From Girardia tigrina (taxonomy: Eukaryota): a stretch of DNA of 64,000 nt. Location: the NCBI GenBank assembly GCA_001938485.1, contig MQRK01224546.1:1-64000 (forward strand), in the 5' to 3' direction. The notes beneath the pieces were generated by a model that saw nothing but the letters and a program-made list of their open reading frames with translations, did no database searches and was not told the DNA's origin. The position numbers and the translations under genes are program-made. Shown here piece by piece: positions 38,821 through 50,658 of this stretch (its first letter is position 1; the number at the start of each line of letters is the position of its first letter).

Positions 38821-39449
38821 TTTTTTTGAACGTTTTTGTTTTGCAAAAATTATTTATATGAAATAAATAATTATTTTTATTTATATGAATAATGTATTTC
38901 ATGAACAGATTTTTAGAAGTACATTTTACTAGTATTTATTCTGTTCTTGCGCACTTATCGTATTTTAGATTATAATAAAAATGTTAATTTTTCAAATGAA
39001 TAAATTTCTAAATTACTTAACTTAATTTTTATACTTTATCCATATAAATTTAATGTTATTGCGTCATTTAAGTGGTATCTTTTATGTAATCTAAAAATTT
39101 CTAAGTAAAAAATGAAAATCATATTGTTTGAAAAATCACTTTTAAAAAATAAGATTCAAAACTTTGATATTTTTTATACATAAAATATGAACATAAATAA
39201 AGAAAAACGTTTAATAAATAGAAAAAAGTTAAATCACATTCAATTTCTTAATATTATATGTAAATAATTATTTTTCAAAAAAAGATCTTAAATATTTGAA
39301 ATTGTTTAAATCCGTAACGAAATTACAAATTGTTACAATTTAATAATAATAATTTAAATATTTTACAATTTATTAACACTCATTTATTGTATTTGATCAA
39401 TTATTTTATTTTATAAATTATATATTTTTTATATTATATTTATTTTAGT

Positions 39450-42398
39450 ATGGGAGGAAATAGACCTTCGAAAAATGTTCTAGTAGCAATTGATGGAAGT
39501 CATAACGCGACGAATGCTTTCTTTTGGTATATTAAAAACAGTCCGGAAATAAAAAGTGATCAGATCATTCTGTTTCATAATTTGACGCCACCGACGAATA
39601 TTTCGATAACCGATGACGGAGACCTCGATTTTGAAGTGTCGGAGATCGAAAATGAAGTTAAAAAGTAATTATCATTGTCTCAGCTTTATTGAGTAATATT
39701 TCGAAACTAGTCGTGAATTAAAAAATATTTCATGAAAAATAATTTTATATTTCCTTTCTTTAAAAAGATGGTCTTTGTATTGTTTGTTCTGGCACCACCA
39801 GTACTTGGCATACGATTCGCTTTCCACTGCATTCAATTGTAATCGTCGCTCTGAACCGCACCTTTGCTTCCGAACCATCCATCATCTGCACTGATTCACT
39901 TACGCGGTCCAGTTTTGACGGTTCAACTACCGCCTTCGACACGAACAGCCCGTATCGATTATTGCTCTCACGGTTCTTCCACCTACAATCACCGAGATCG
40001 TCGACATACGCTCGTAAACGCATCCAGGCCCCCCACCCGCGCAGTAGTAAGGACGAGCAATGTGCCCGCTCCCTCCGCATCGATAACATCGCAGCCCATT
40101 GATGGTCGAGGAGTTCAGATCCGGTTTCCCCCTCGTTTGCGTAATTGCCGAAACCTCTTCGTCGCGACCACTGGTCGCCTTGACATGTACTCGAGCCAAC
40201 CTAACCAACCGATCCAGATCGTGATTCTTACCATTTATGAACGCCTGAGCCACAAACGCTTCTCCTCCGCCTTTACTGCCGCAAATTACGATTGACAGTC
40301 GCTTTAAGTCGGCCATGAAGAAGTCCACGCTCTCTCTGGGCTCCAGTCTTCGGGAAGCAAAACTGGCCCACGACAATCTGGGGCTCGGCGCAAAAGCTTC
40401 AAGAAGCGCATCTGCGCTTTTATCGAAGTCCGCTCGTATTGCTTCTCCCAATCCCCTGAAGATGATTGGCGCCTCGCCTGATATTAGGGTGAGTCATAAG
40501 TTGTGGGGCACTTTTTATTAAAAATTAAAATGTTCATAAAACAACGCACAATAAAGATTATGATTCGAAATAAAGTCCATTATGTTCAATACATTGNNNN
40601 NNNNNNNNNNNNNNNNNNNNNNNNNNNNNNNNNNNNNNNNNNNNNNNNNNNNNNNNNNNNNNNNNNNNNNNNNNNNNNNNNNNNNNNNNNNNNNNNNNNN
40701 NNNNNNNNNNNNNNNNNNNNNNNNNNNNNNNNNNNNNNNNNNNNNNNNNNNNNNNNNNNNNNNNNNNNNNNNNNNNNNNNNNNNNNNNNNNNNNNNNNNN
40801 NNNNNNNNNNNNNNNNNNNNNNNNNNNNNNNNNNNNNNNNNNNNNNNNNNNNNNNNNNNNNNNNNNNNNNNNNNNNNNNNNNNNNNNNNNNNNNNNNNNN
40901 NNNNNNNNNNNNNNNNNNNNNNNNNNNNNNNNNNNNNNNNNNNNNNNNNNNNNNNNNNNNNNNNNNNNNNNNNNNNNNNNNNNNNNNNNNNNNNNNNNNN
41001 NNNNNNNNNNNNNNNNNNNNNNNNNNNNNNNNNNNNNNNNNNNNNNNNNNNNNNNNNNNNNNNNNNNNNNNNNNNNNNNNNNNNNNNNNNNNNNNNNNNN
41101 NNNNNNNNNNNNNNNNNNNNNNNNNNNNNNNNNNNNNNNNNNNNNNNNNNNNNNNNNNNNNNNNNNNNNNNNNNNNNNNNNNNNNNNNNNNNNNNNNNNN
41201 NNNNNNNNNNNNNNNNNNNNNNNNNNNNNNNNNNNNNNNNNNNNNNNNNNNNNNNNNNNNNNNNNNNNNNNNNNNNNNNNNNNNNNNNNNNNNNNNNNNN
41301 NNNNNNNNNNNNNNNNNNNNNNNNNNNNNNNNNNNNNNNNNNNNNNNNNNNNNNNNNNNNNNNNNNNNNNNNNNNNNNNNNNNNNNNNNNNNNNNNNNNN
41401 NNNNNNNNNNNNNNNNNNNNNNNNNNNNNNNNNNNNNNNNNNNNNNNNNNNNNNNNNNNNNNNNNNNNNNNNNNNNNNNNNNNNNNNNNNNNNNNNNNNN
41501 NNCTTGCTGCCGAAGATTTGGAGACAAAGCCCTCCCCTTCAACTTGGGAAATTTCCTTTACGGCAGCCCTTGAACTCAGACCTTTTTTTCAGAAAAATTT
41601 CAAAAGTACTCTAATTTCAAAATTTTCCATAATTTTCTAAAATGTTTAAAAAATTAGAATGAACATAAAATCATGATTTTCTTACAAATACTGAAACTTC
41701 AGTTTATGAGCTTTATTAGGATATACAAATTCAATTAATATCGATTCGACAATTCATGTTGTAATTAAAGATAATTACTTTGGAAAGAGTGCCCCACAAC
41801 TTATGACTCACCCTAATAGCGCCAGCGGTAACATCGCTCGTTTGTCTTCTCGGAGCGTTTCTACGTATTCCATAAACCGTTCGAGCCACACGGATATGTT
41901 CTCGTGCCCGTCGTACTGTGGCGCTATCTTCAGGGTTTTCATACTGCCGCGATAGCTTGTTGTCTAAATCAAAACAGTTAAGACGAGTGACACAAATTTA
42001 TTTTTAAATAAAACTCTCGTTCGACGATCTACCGATTAGAACAATTGGATATTTATTTTCCTTGAATTACAATGAAAGTAAAATTTTTTTAAATTTAATT
42101 ATTCTTCTTCTGTAGATTAAAACTGGAAGCGGTCAAATTAGAATCGTTTTTCATGGATGAGTGTAAGAAGCATCATTTATCATGTCGGTGGGTCAATCAG
42201 TGGGGCAAACCAACCAATACAATTTTGAAGGCGGTGGACAAATACCAGGCTAATATGGTGGTGATGGGGTCTCGCGGGTTGAGCACATTTACTCGGACCC
42301 TTCTTGGCTCTGTCTCTAGTTACATCCTTCATCATGTACACATCCCGGTCATCATCGTCCCCGGGTCTCATAACGACCCGGAAAAAAATTCGCACTAA
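39450..42398 (+). CDS. Universal stress protein (UspA-like), 2 exons, 165 aa
   Basis: Exons 39450-39664 and 42116-42398 (phase 2, GT-AG). Motifs VLVAIDGS, GKP..TI, MVVMGSRGL..LLGSVSSYILHH..PVIIVP. Confidence 0.93.
39760..42043 (-). mobile_element. Truncated Gypsy element (5' LTR, gag, protease) in the USP intron
   Basis: Putative 86-bp LTR 41958-42043 (TG..CA); gag MKTLKIAPQYDG..WLERF; knuckle CYRCGGSGHIA; protease AIIDTGCS. Confidence 0.8.
40484..41816 (-). mobile_element. mariner transposon (interior mostly N gap)
   Basis: TIRs TTAGGGTGAGTCATAAGTTGTGGGGCACT, TA TSD at 40482 and 41817. N-term MENFEIRVLLKFF*KKG..EISQVEG; C-term QCIEHNGLYFES*. Removal restores gag PLALSGEA. Confidence 0.92.
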
Positions 42399-44399
42399 TT
42401 AAAAAATTATTTTTCCGTGACGCCTATTTGGAAATGCTTTTATAATTACAAATCAATTGTAGTAATTTTTGGTTTATCTTTTGAAAATTTATATTTTTAT
42501 ACTTTTTTTAATATGATTGTTTGTTGTACGAGAATGTCATTCATTTTCTTTCCCGAGTGAACAGCACTGTACAATTTGCACAGTAAATATTTGTACCAAA
42601 ATCAATATAATGTGATTTAAAATCACCATTTAATCTATTTTTATGAATAAATTAATGAATTATTTTTCTACGATTTTATTTTTAGCTTATATTTACCCTT
42701 CTAATTATCTTGAAGCAGATCGATTTTACAATTTTCTGATGGTATTAAATAGCGAAGCAAAACTTTTCCATTGCATTAAAACCAGTTATTAAGAACACTA
42801 ATATGGGTTTTCACACATTTATTTTCATAACAGTTTGAATTGTCTTTGGAACAAATCTCAGCCAAACTTTCATAATTAGACATCTCGCTAAATTGATAAA
42901 TTTTTGTTAATGTTTCGTTAATAAACAATTATTTGAACAAATTTTCATTTTAAATGATTTCAGATTTTATTTTAAAAATTCTACTTTTATATTTTGCTAA
43001 TAATTTTTTTCTAAAATTAATTTAATTTTAAAAATTATTTTATTTAAAGAAAAACATTTATTTAATCAATTTAAAAATTATTTACTTTATTCAAATTTTT
43101 AAAATTCAAATTTCAAACAATTTAATATTTTAAATTTTTTTTAATATCTTATGTTGTAAATTAAAATGCAAACTATGCTCGAATAACTATTCATCGTGAA
43201 CATCCAAAATGCTAATTTTCCATCTGGGTGGGAGAAACACATTTCCAAATACTAAACTCAACATACGAAATTTAAAATATTCCTCACCAGTATAAATCAA
43301 GATACTTTGTCCTTATATTCATCGGTATGACTGGTGAGATGTGCCCTGATTTTTTACAGGGGTTCTTTTCCTGCGACCTCGCCTGGCTTCACTAAATGGG
43401 GTGATTGTTTCCGCAACCTATATACCTTATGTAATCCATATGAGTGATTGAATCAGATTGTTTTGTCAAAAATAAAAGAAAATAAGATTAAGTCTTTCTC
43501 AGACAATCGTGTGATATAATCGTTCTTTCAGTAAGCTTAATTTTTACTTTGAGCATGGCTGGTAAAATATTTTATTGAAGAATCCTACATGTAAACCACT
43601 GAAAATAAGTTAAGAAGAAAATCTGTTATCTTAGTTTAAATATAAGCCTAAATTGTTTGTTAGGAACTATAAAATGTAGATAGGTTTTAACGATGTTTTA
43701 GTGACTCCAAAATTGAACAAGATGATATCAAAACATTCAAACTCTCACATCTCCACTGTAGTATTATTTATTTATTTTCTAACATCACCTGTTTAGAAAT
43801 TTGCGAAAATAACGTACCAGCGTTATTAAATTTATGTTCGCATCAACTATGTTTAAAAACATTTGGTGCAAATTTATTTTATTCATTTCAATATTTTTTT
43901 GATACTTAGTGTCAGTAAAGCAGAGCTGTGCCACGTCGAATATTGTGAGTTCTAAAGAATAAGTGACCACGCTAAGTAGCTGATTATTAGCAGTTAGATG
44001 AGTGTTACTTTACGACAAATAAACTTATTTGATAGTGAAATCAAAGGTTTGTAAATATTTAAAATCTGTTTATCGATGTTAAATAATTTTTCAAATTTTT
44101 AAATAATTTTTGTAATAATTTCTACTTTAAGATTTATTTTTGTTGATTTAGACTTACAAGTATGAAATTTGTAGAAATTCTGATTATAAAACCAAATCAA
44201 ATGTATAATATGTATTTATTATACATTTATTATAATTTCGTAGTTCTGTTGTTTGGAAAATTTTTAAGTTAAGTTTTATTGAAGATGTTTATTGAATTTT
44301 TATAAGGATGTATAATTTTTAAAATTGATGATTTTTCTATTCTTTTTATTAGCTCACTTTCTATATATATATATATATATATATATACTGATAAATTTA

Positions 44400-44780
44400 A
44401 AAAACAATGGCAGTTGTTTTTTAAAAATTAGAAGACGCCATTTTTAATTTTTTTATTGATGCAATATATTTCAACGGAATATCCGCCATCATCAGGCGAA
44501 TCTGATTCTAGCTGTTAAACTTATATATTTTAAAATGATGATTATACAATCAATTATGTAATTACTGTTTCACGCAAAAACTTTCAACAAAGTTGATGAG
44601 TCACTTGATTGGACATTAATTACTGGATTAACCGCTTTAATTAATAATGCCTCACACGAGACCCTTTCCCAATAATTTTTTAAAATTGCTGCATAAAACT
44701 TTTAAATTATTTATTTCAACAGACGATTTACAATGTTTTTTATGTTCAGCAATATTACTACTACAACTTAAATGTCCATC
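44400..44780 (-). mobile_element. Penelope-like element 3' end (GIY-YIG C-terminus plus pLTR)
   Basis: SNIAEHKKHC..NLKVL..YWERVSCEALLIKAVNPVINVQ..LLKVFA*, followed by a hammerhead core and AATAAA. Confidence 0.75.
44458..44502 (-). ncRNA. Minimal type-I hammerhead ribozyme motif
   Basis: gauucgc-CUGAUGA-uGGCGGA uau UCCGUU-GAAA-uauaUU-gcauc; palindromic stem III AUAUAU; stem I bulged. Confidence 0.65.
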
Positions 44781-44789
44781 CTCACGAAC

Positions 44790-45640
44790 CCGACTCTAAG
44801 AATGGACACTCTCTGATTGCCTAAACTGGATCAACACAGAGGACAAAGAGAATGGATTTAAATCTTGGTGGACCAAGATTCGGAATTCACTCAAATAACT
44901 CAAATTCAGTTTTTCACCAATGAGATAGGCACTTGTTTAAAAGTTCACATATCCAATGACTTCTTGATACTAAATGAACATTCAATTGACAATATTACTT
45001 TCCACCTGCAAAGAAACTATAACAAAATGAAATTTGACAAATGGAGCAAACAAAGGATGGCTGGAATGTCAGCCATCTCATTGGCAAAACACAACTTCAG
45101 CTCCAAAGTACTTTACAACGAGTCACTACCCATCGAGGAATGACGCTTTTTACACAGCGCAAGGACTTAAAGTTTACCAACCAAATATAAGCCGAAAAAA
45201 CCAAGACAACAATCAATGTGCAGTGCATGTGATCAAGATATAGAAACACAGATCCACGTTTTATGTTGGTGTAAACCCAAAAGCACTCAGATACAGGCGA
45301 GACATAATGTAATCGCGGAAATCGTCACAGATGCTTTACTTGCAGAGAAACCAATTTAAAAAATCATCATGAATCGAGAGTGTGATTGGCCTGTGTCGGG
45401 ATGTCGGATCGATTTACAAGTTTATAACCATGAACCAAAGAACTCTGGCTTATAGAAATAACAACCCCTTATGACACAATCAAAGCACTTAAAGATGCCA
45501 AATATAACAACAAAAAGAAATATAAAAGTCTGCTAACTGAGGCAAAGGCGGCTCATAAAGGATGGACCGTAATATTATGAGTAATTGTTGTCGGCTGTTT
45601 AGGATCTTGACCCGTCGAAAATGACAACCAGCTTAAAAAC
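44790..45640 (+). mobile_element. 3' fragment of a third RLE non-LTR element
   Basis: WINTED..SWWTKI, ETQIHVL, ARHNVI, RIDLQV, IEITTPYD, KKY, VVGCLGS. Confidence 0.75.
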
Positions 45641-45959
45641 AAATTTCATCTTTCAGGTACAACGGAAGTTTTGACAAGGAATCACTTTATCAGACAAGGA
45701 TTTAGATATTTGAGAGTCGTGGAAGAACTTAAATTCGACTGCACCGGATTGAGAAGAAAATGGAGAAAGAAACAAGAATTATCAAAACAGTAGTAGAAGC
45801 TGTGGTGAAACAAAATTATCCCTAGCTTTAAAAATATGAATAAGTTGATGAAGGATCGCCCAGAGATCCTAGTGGGGAAGTAATTTTGCAACATGAGAAC
45901 TGGACCGAGCAAGGAAGAGAGGTTCTTAAACGTGTTTTCAAGGTGTTTTTGGAAGAAAA

Positions 45960-48900
45960 AATTGTCTTTCAATTATCTCATTTGTGTTATGGTGATATGG
46001 ACTAGAGAAAATTAATTCGATACTTTTTGCTTCCAACATTTCTTTTACTTTATTCGCATAGAAACATTTCCCGCAGTCTACATGGATCTCTTTTAGTGTT
46101 CCAAATTTTAATATCCATTTCTGTAATACCATTTGTACTATTGTCTCTTCATCTTGTCTTTAAATTGCTGTCAAGCTCACATATTTACTGAAATGGTCAA
46201 TTATTCCCAAGATGTATCTTTCTTTTCTTACTGTCTCATTCCATGGTCCGAATATGTCTATATAAACTTTCTCAAATATTTCTGACGTTGTTATTTTTAT
46301 GTTTTCTTTCTTTGTCTTTGTGGTTATTATCTTTGTTCGTTGACACTCCATGCATGATCCTAGCACCTCTTTTACCGTTTTCTTTTCTTCTTCCATGTCA
46401 AACTTGTCCCTCAGATATTGGTATACTTTTTCGGCTCCCGCATGGCACAATAATCTATGTGTTTGTATGATAAAATCGCTTCTTTTTTCTTTCGGTATCC
46501 ATTCTTTCATACCCACTCGGGTTTGGCTCCTCGTAGTCACTGCCAATAATCTCGTCTTGTTTTTTCCTTTTTTTTGCTTCTTCGTGTTCCATTTGGCATT
46601 GTGTACATGTGTCGCAATTCTGTCTTGATAACATATCAGCGTTGCCGTGCAGTACTCCCTTTCTGTATTCTATTTCGATATCCAAACTACTTAAGTAATT
46701 AGTCCACGTTTGGAATTGAGCCGTGAAGGGTTTCTTTGTGTATAAACCCTAATTTCAATACTATTATTCTGTCTATATATGTACTATTTAGTAATTAATC
46801 AGATAAAGTATATTAATGTATATTATACTTGTATTTTATGTTTTACTATCTTTATATTACTTTTTATTATATTTATTATGTGTAATTTTAATTTATAATT
46901 TATGTATATTATATTTATTGGGTTCTCGATCAAAAGACATTATCATGAATACAAAAATTTATTTCTATAACAATTTGAATTTTTTAAACAAATATTTTTG
47001 AGGAACTTTTGTACTTTCTTTTTTACACAACCAATATAAATAAAAATAGATATAAACAAAAATATGGTTAGTATATTTTTTATAAATTAAAATTCTATAT
47101 TTTCTTTAATAAAAAATTATAGTGAATTAAAATCTTGTCACAAAGATTTTGTTGCATCTTTTATTAATTTTTCAATTTTATGGTACATTTAAATTTACCT
47201 GTTTCTCAATTACATTTTCCCAAAAAAATTAAAATCGCATTTTTTATTTAAGTCGAGTTAATGGTTTTACAATTATTTTTTAATTCCTGTGGTGTTCAAA
47301 AAAACACAAAAAACAATTTAAATTAAAATTCAAAAATTAACAGAATAAACAAAAAAAATAATGTTTTGTTTTACTAATCAAAAAATTGGCGAAAAACTCA
47401 AAAACACACGAATCCACAAGAACACCAACCAGAATCGCAATCAGTATACTCAACGGACTGTCAATCGTCAACCCAACTATGCCCAGACGAGACTCGTGGA
47501 TCTATTCCAATTATTGTGTCGATTCGGGTCAAGTATTCGTTTTATACATCAATAAATTTTATATTCCAGTCGTGTCTTATTTCTTCCCGTTCAAACGACG
47601 GAAGTTGGTGGTGCAAATTGCACTCGCCAAAATTCCCATTTTAATTTCCAAAAGAAATTATAATTACTTTTCCAAAAAGAATTATAACCACACTTTTAAT
47701 TTACTTTGATTTAAAAGTTACCAAAATGGTTTAGTTTACTTTAATTTCGCAAATAAAATATCAAACTTAAATTACCTTTTATTTTATTTCAAATAAATAT
47801 TTTCATCAAATTTGAAATTAACTTTTTTTACTTTATAATAAATCTTTACATAAATCTTTTAACAACCCTACCGTAAAATTTATTTTATTTCTTACATAAA
47901 TTAATTTTATACATTAAATTTCTGAAAATCTTATTTTAACATATGTATAACAATATTTTACGGAATGTAATTGCTTTTTTAATAATTTGATAAGATTCAA
48001 AAATTGTATATTTTATGAACGCTCCCAACAATATTATTCTTAATTTTAATTTTATAATTATTACACGCTTGACTACATTAAGTAGTCAAGCCAATATTTC
48101 AATTTTAAAATTTAAAAAAAATCATTATTAAATTGATTAAAAAAGAAAATCATTAAATAAATTATCTTTAAGACTTTCTAGCGTCTTTCATTTTGCCTTT
48201 TTCACAACCTGAATTTTATGTTATTTACAATCAACTATTCATTATCATTCATTTTTTTCCTCAACTGAAGAAACTGCTGCATTAGCTTCACAAACGATAA
48301 TTGCCATCCAATTTAAAATACTCGATATCACATCAAATCAGTTCAACCGCAATTTGCAATTCCAACTTCTTGTGCACATCGAAGCTGAAAATTGTTGTTC
48401 ATTGACGATCAAATTTTGACGTTCAAAATTTTATTGACCAGAGACTCAAAGGACAATTTTGTAAAGTATATATTCATTGTTTTATTTTTTTTTCTTCCAT
48501 CAGCTCATTTCTCTTCTTCTGTGATCTATATTCATTGTCTTCTTTTTCTCTTTCAATTTTACTGGTTGTGAATTATATATTATTAATATAATTTTTATTT
48601 TTGATTATTATCTCGTAAGTAAAAATTACTTCAAGTTCCTAAATCCGAACTTTAGTTAATTTTTACACTTTGCATGAAACATGAACGTTATAGCTTTATT
48701 ATCCGTTCTCAATTTAAATCTCTTCCCGTACAGATGATGGTTGAAATGCTGGCAAAAATAAAAAATTGCCAAAAGTTCTTTTCTTGTTATGTAATAACCT
48801 TTTTCATGTGCTGATATTGAATGTGATCCATATGCTATTACTTGCTCTTTCCCCGAATCACTTATTTGTGACAGTGCCGCCCCTATGGTATCAAAACTGA

Positions 48901-49450
48901 CATCTGTATCTAGAATAAATTGTTTTTCGAAATTTGGGAAGCTCAGTATTGGTGCCGCTAACAGTGCTTCCTTCATGTCCTTAAACTCTATTTCGCATGC
49001 ATCTGTCCAGATTAACTTTTCTTTATTTAAACCACACATTCCTTCTAATACTTTGGCTTTCTTTGCATATTCTTTAATAAACATTCTATAATAGTTGCAA
49101 ATTTCTAAAAAAACTTCTCAAATTCTTAATACATTTCGGCCTTTGAAAATTCTCTATCGCTGCAATCTTTTCTGGATCTGTCTGTATCCCTTGGTCATTT
49201 ATTATGTGTCCCAGAAATTTTACTTCCGGTCGTAACATCTTACATTTCACTGGTTTTATTCTTAGTCCTGTTTGTTGGATCCTCTCAAATACTTCTCTTA
49301 TCACCTTGTAATGTTCTTCCTTTGTACTTGTCGCTATTAGTATGTCATCCAAATAAACCGATACCCCTTTCTTTATTGGTTGTAAAACCTTTGTCATTAG
49401 TTCTTGGAATGTTCCTGGGGCTGCGGCTATGCCAAAAGGCATACAAAGCT
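45960..49450 (-). mobile_element. Gypsy pol remnant (RT-RNase H-integrase) split by an AT-rich insert at ~46742-48685
   Basis: MPFGI..APGTFQ, VYLDDILI, LDTDVS, KELLAI, NADMLSR, HRLLCHAG..CMECQ, VYIDIFGP, HVDCG, IIERQF. Confidence 0.9.
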
Positions 49451-49670
49451 TCAAATCAAACAAAGCTTCATGAATCGCCTAATGTACCTAGTGATCAATC
49501 ACAAGTACCATGGTTACTGTAACCAAGATACATAACCTTTTATTTTACATGTAAAAGCCTATGTAATACCTAAAACATGCATGGGTATTCTACACCAGAA
49601 GAATCATATATTCATTTTTTTTATTTATTTAAAGTAACACATTAAAACAAATAATAACTTTAAAAAACAT

Positions 49671-50200
49671 TCATTTCTTTGAAATATAATTTTGACACAA
49701 CGCTAAACACTTTTTATAAGCACAGTGTGAACCATGTTCACGATTTATACAAGTAATGTTTTTTGGTATCGCTTTTAGTTTGTCACATTTATATATACAT
49801 ATTCTCAGATCAGGAAATATAGACTTTATCACCTTTTCCTTTCGTCCATCATCATTATCCTTAACATAAAACAATGCTTCAGCTAAATTACATCGTGATC
49901 GAATGTCTCGCATTAGACAATCCTGACAAAACCTGAAATTGTGTTCTTGCCACGTCAATTTATGATGATGTAATGTTAAATAAGCATTTTTTCTTTGTGC
50001 TTTGTTTGAACAGCAATGCATTTTAAGTCTAGAAATTACACCCAAACATTTTATTTCATTTGCAACACTAATTTAACTTACTGAAATACATAATGTAATG
50101 GATTAAACATATTGTCAACAGACATTATACACAACTCTTTAATCATGTCCTCATCATTATTAACCACAAATCTTTCAAAATAAATAAAGAAGATAGACAT
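49671..50200 (-). pseudogene. Polinton accessory ORF, DEDD-exonuclease-like with C-terminal Cys/His cluster
   Basis: MSIFFIYFERF..IKELCI, HKLTW, FYVK..K, C...H..HCA; frameshifted. Recognised by motif resemblance only. Confidence 0.5.
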
Positions 50201-50238
50201 TTTTCAACAATAACAATTTATTAACATAACAACTTTGT

Positions 50239-50612
50239 TTATAACAATTGGCGTTTGAGCCAGTCTATACAATAATTTCCACAAAGAAATGCTAATGGAT
50301 TTTGATACATTACATAATTATATATGACAGGTTGTTGCATTCGTTCCAATTTTGTTACCAACGTTGATGGGTAATACATCCCAAGGGGATCGAATACTCG
50401 TATAAGATCTGAAGTCACATGTACTGCAATCCAGTGTTCTGATGGTAAATTAGCAGTCTGAGTATTAATTACATATCCTCCATCGAGTAGATAATCTGGA
50501 ACTTTATCCAGCGAATATACTACACGGAATTGAGGATATCCTTTCGGTGCTTTTTCAATCTGATATGTACTATATATATAAATGTAAAAGGTTTAGATAC
50601 AACTTACTTCAT
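50239..50612 (-). CDS. Adenain-like cysteine protease, 111 aa, with a 38-nt intron (50570-50607)
   Basis: ATG AA|GTAAGT...TATAG|T ACA gives MNTYQIEK; then VINTQ..PSEHWIAV, FDPLG, YQNP..FLCGNYC (His-Asp-Gln-Cys). Open to TAA. Confidence 0.88.
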
Positions 50613-50658
50613 GTATTATTTCTGTTCGTAATTGCTGTTTTTAGTTCTAATGCTGTGT

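Noticed and set aside
40503-41640. 300+ aa ORFs in the track (also those at 4738-5234)
   Set aside because: They run through N gaps and are artefacts.
46742-48685. Genes within the AT-rich insert (ORFs 47361-47709)
   Set aside because: No motifs, TIRs or TSD identifiable.
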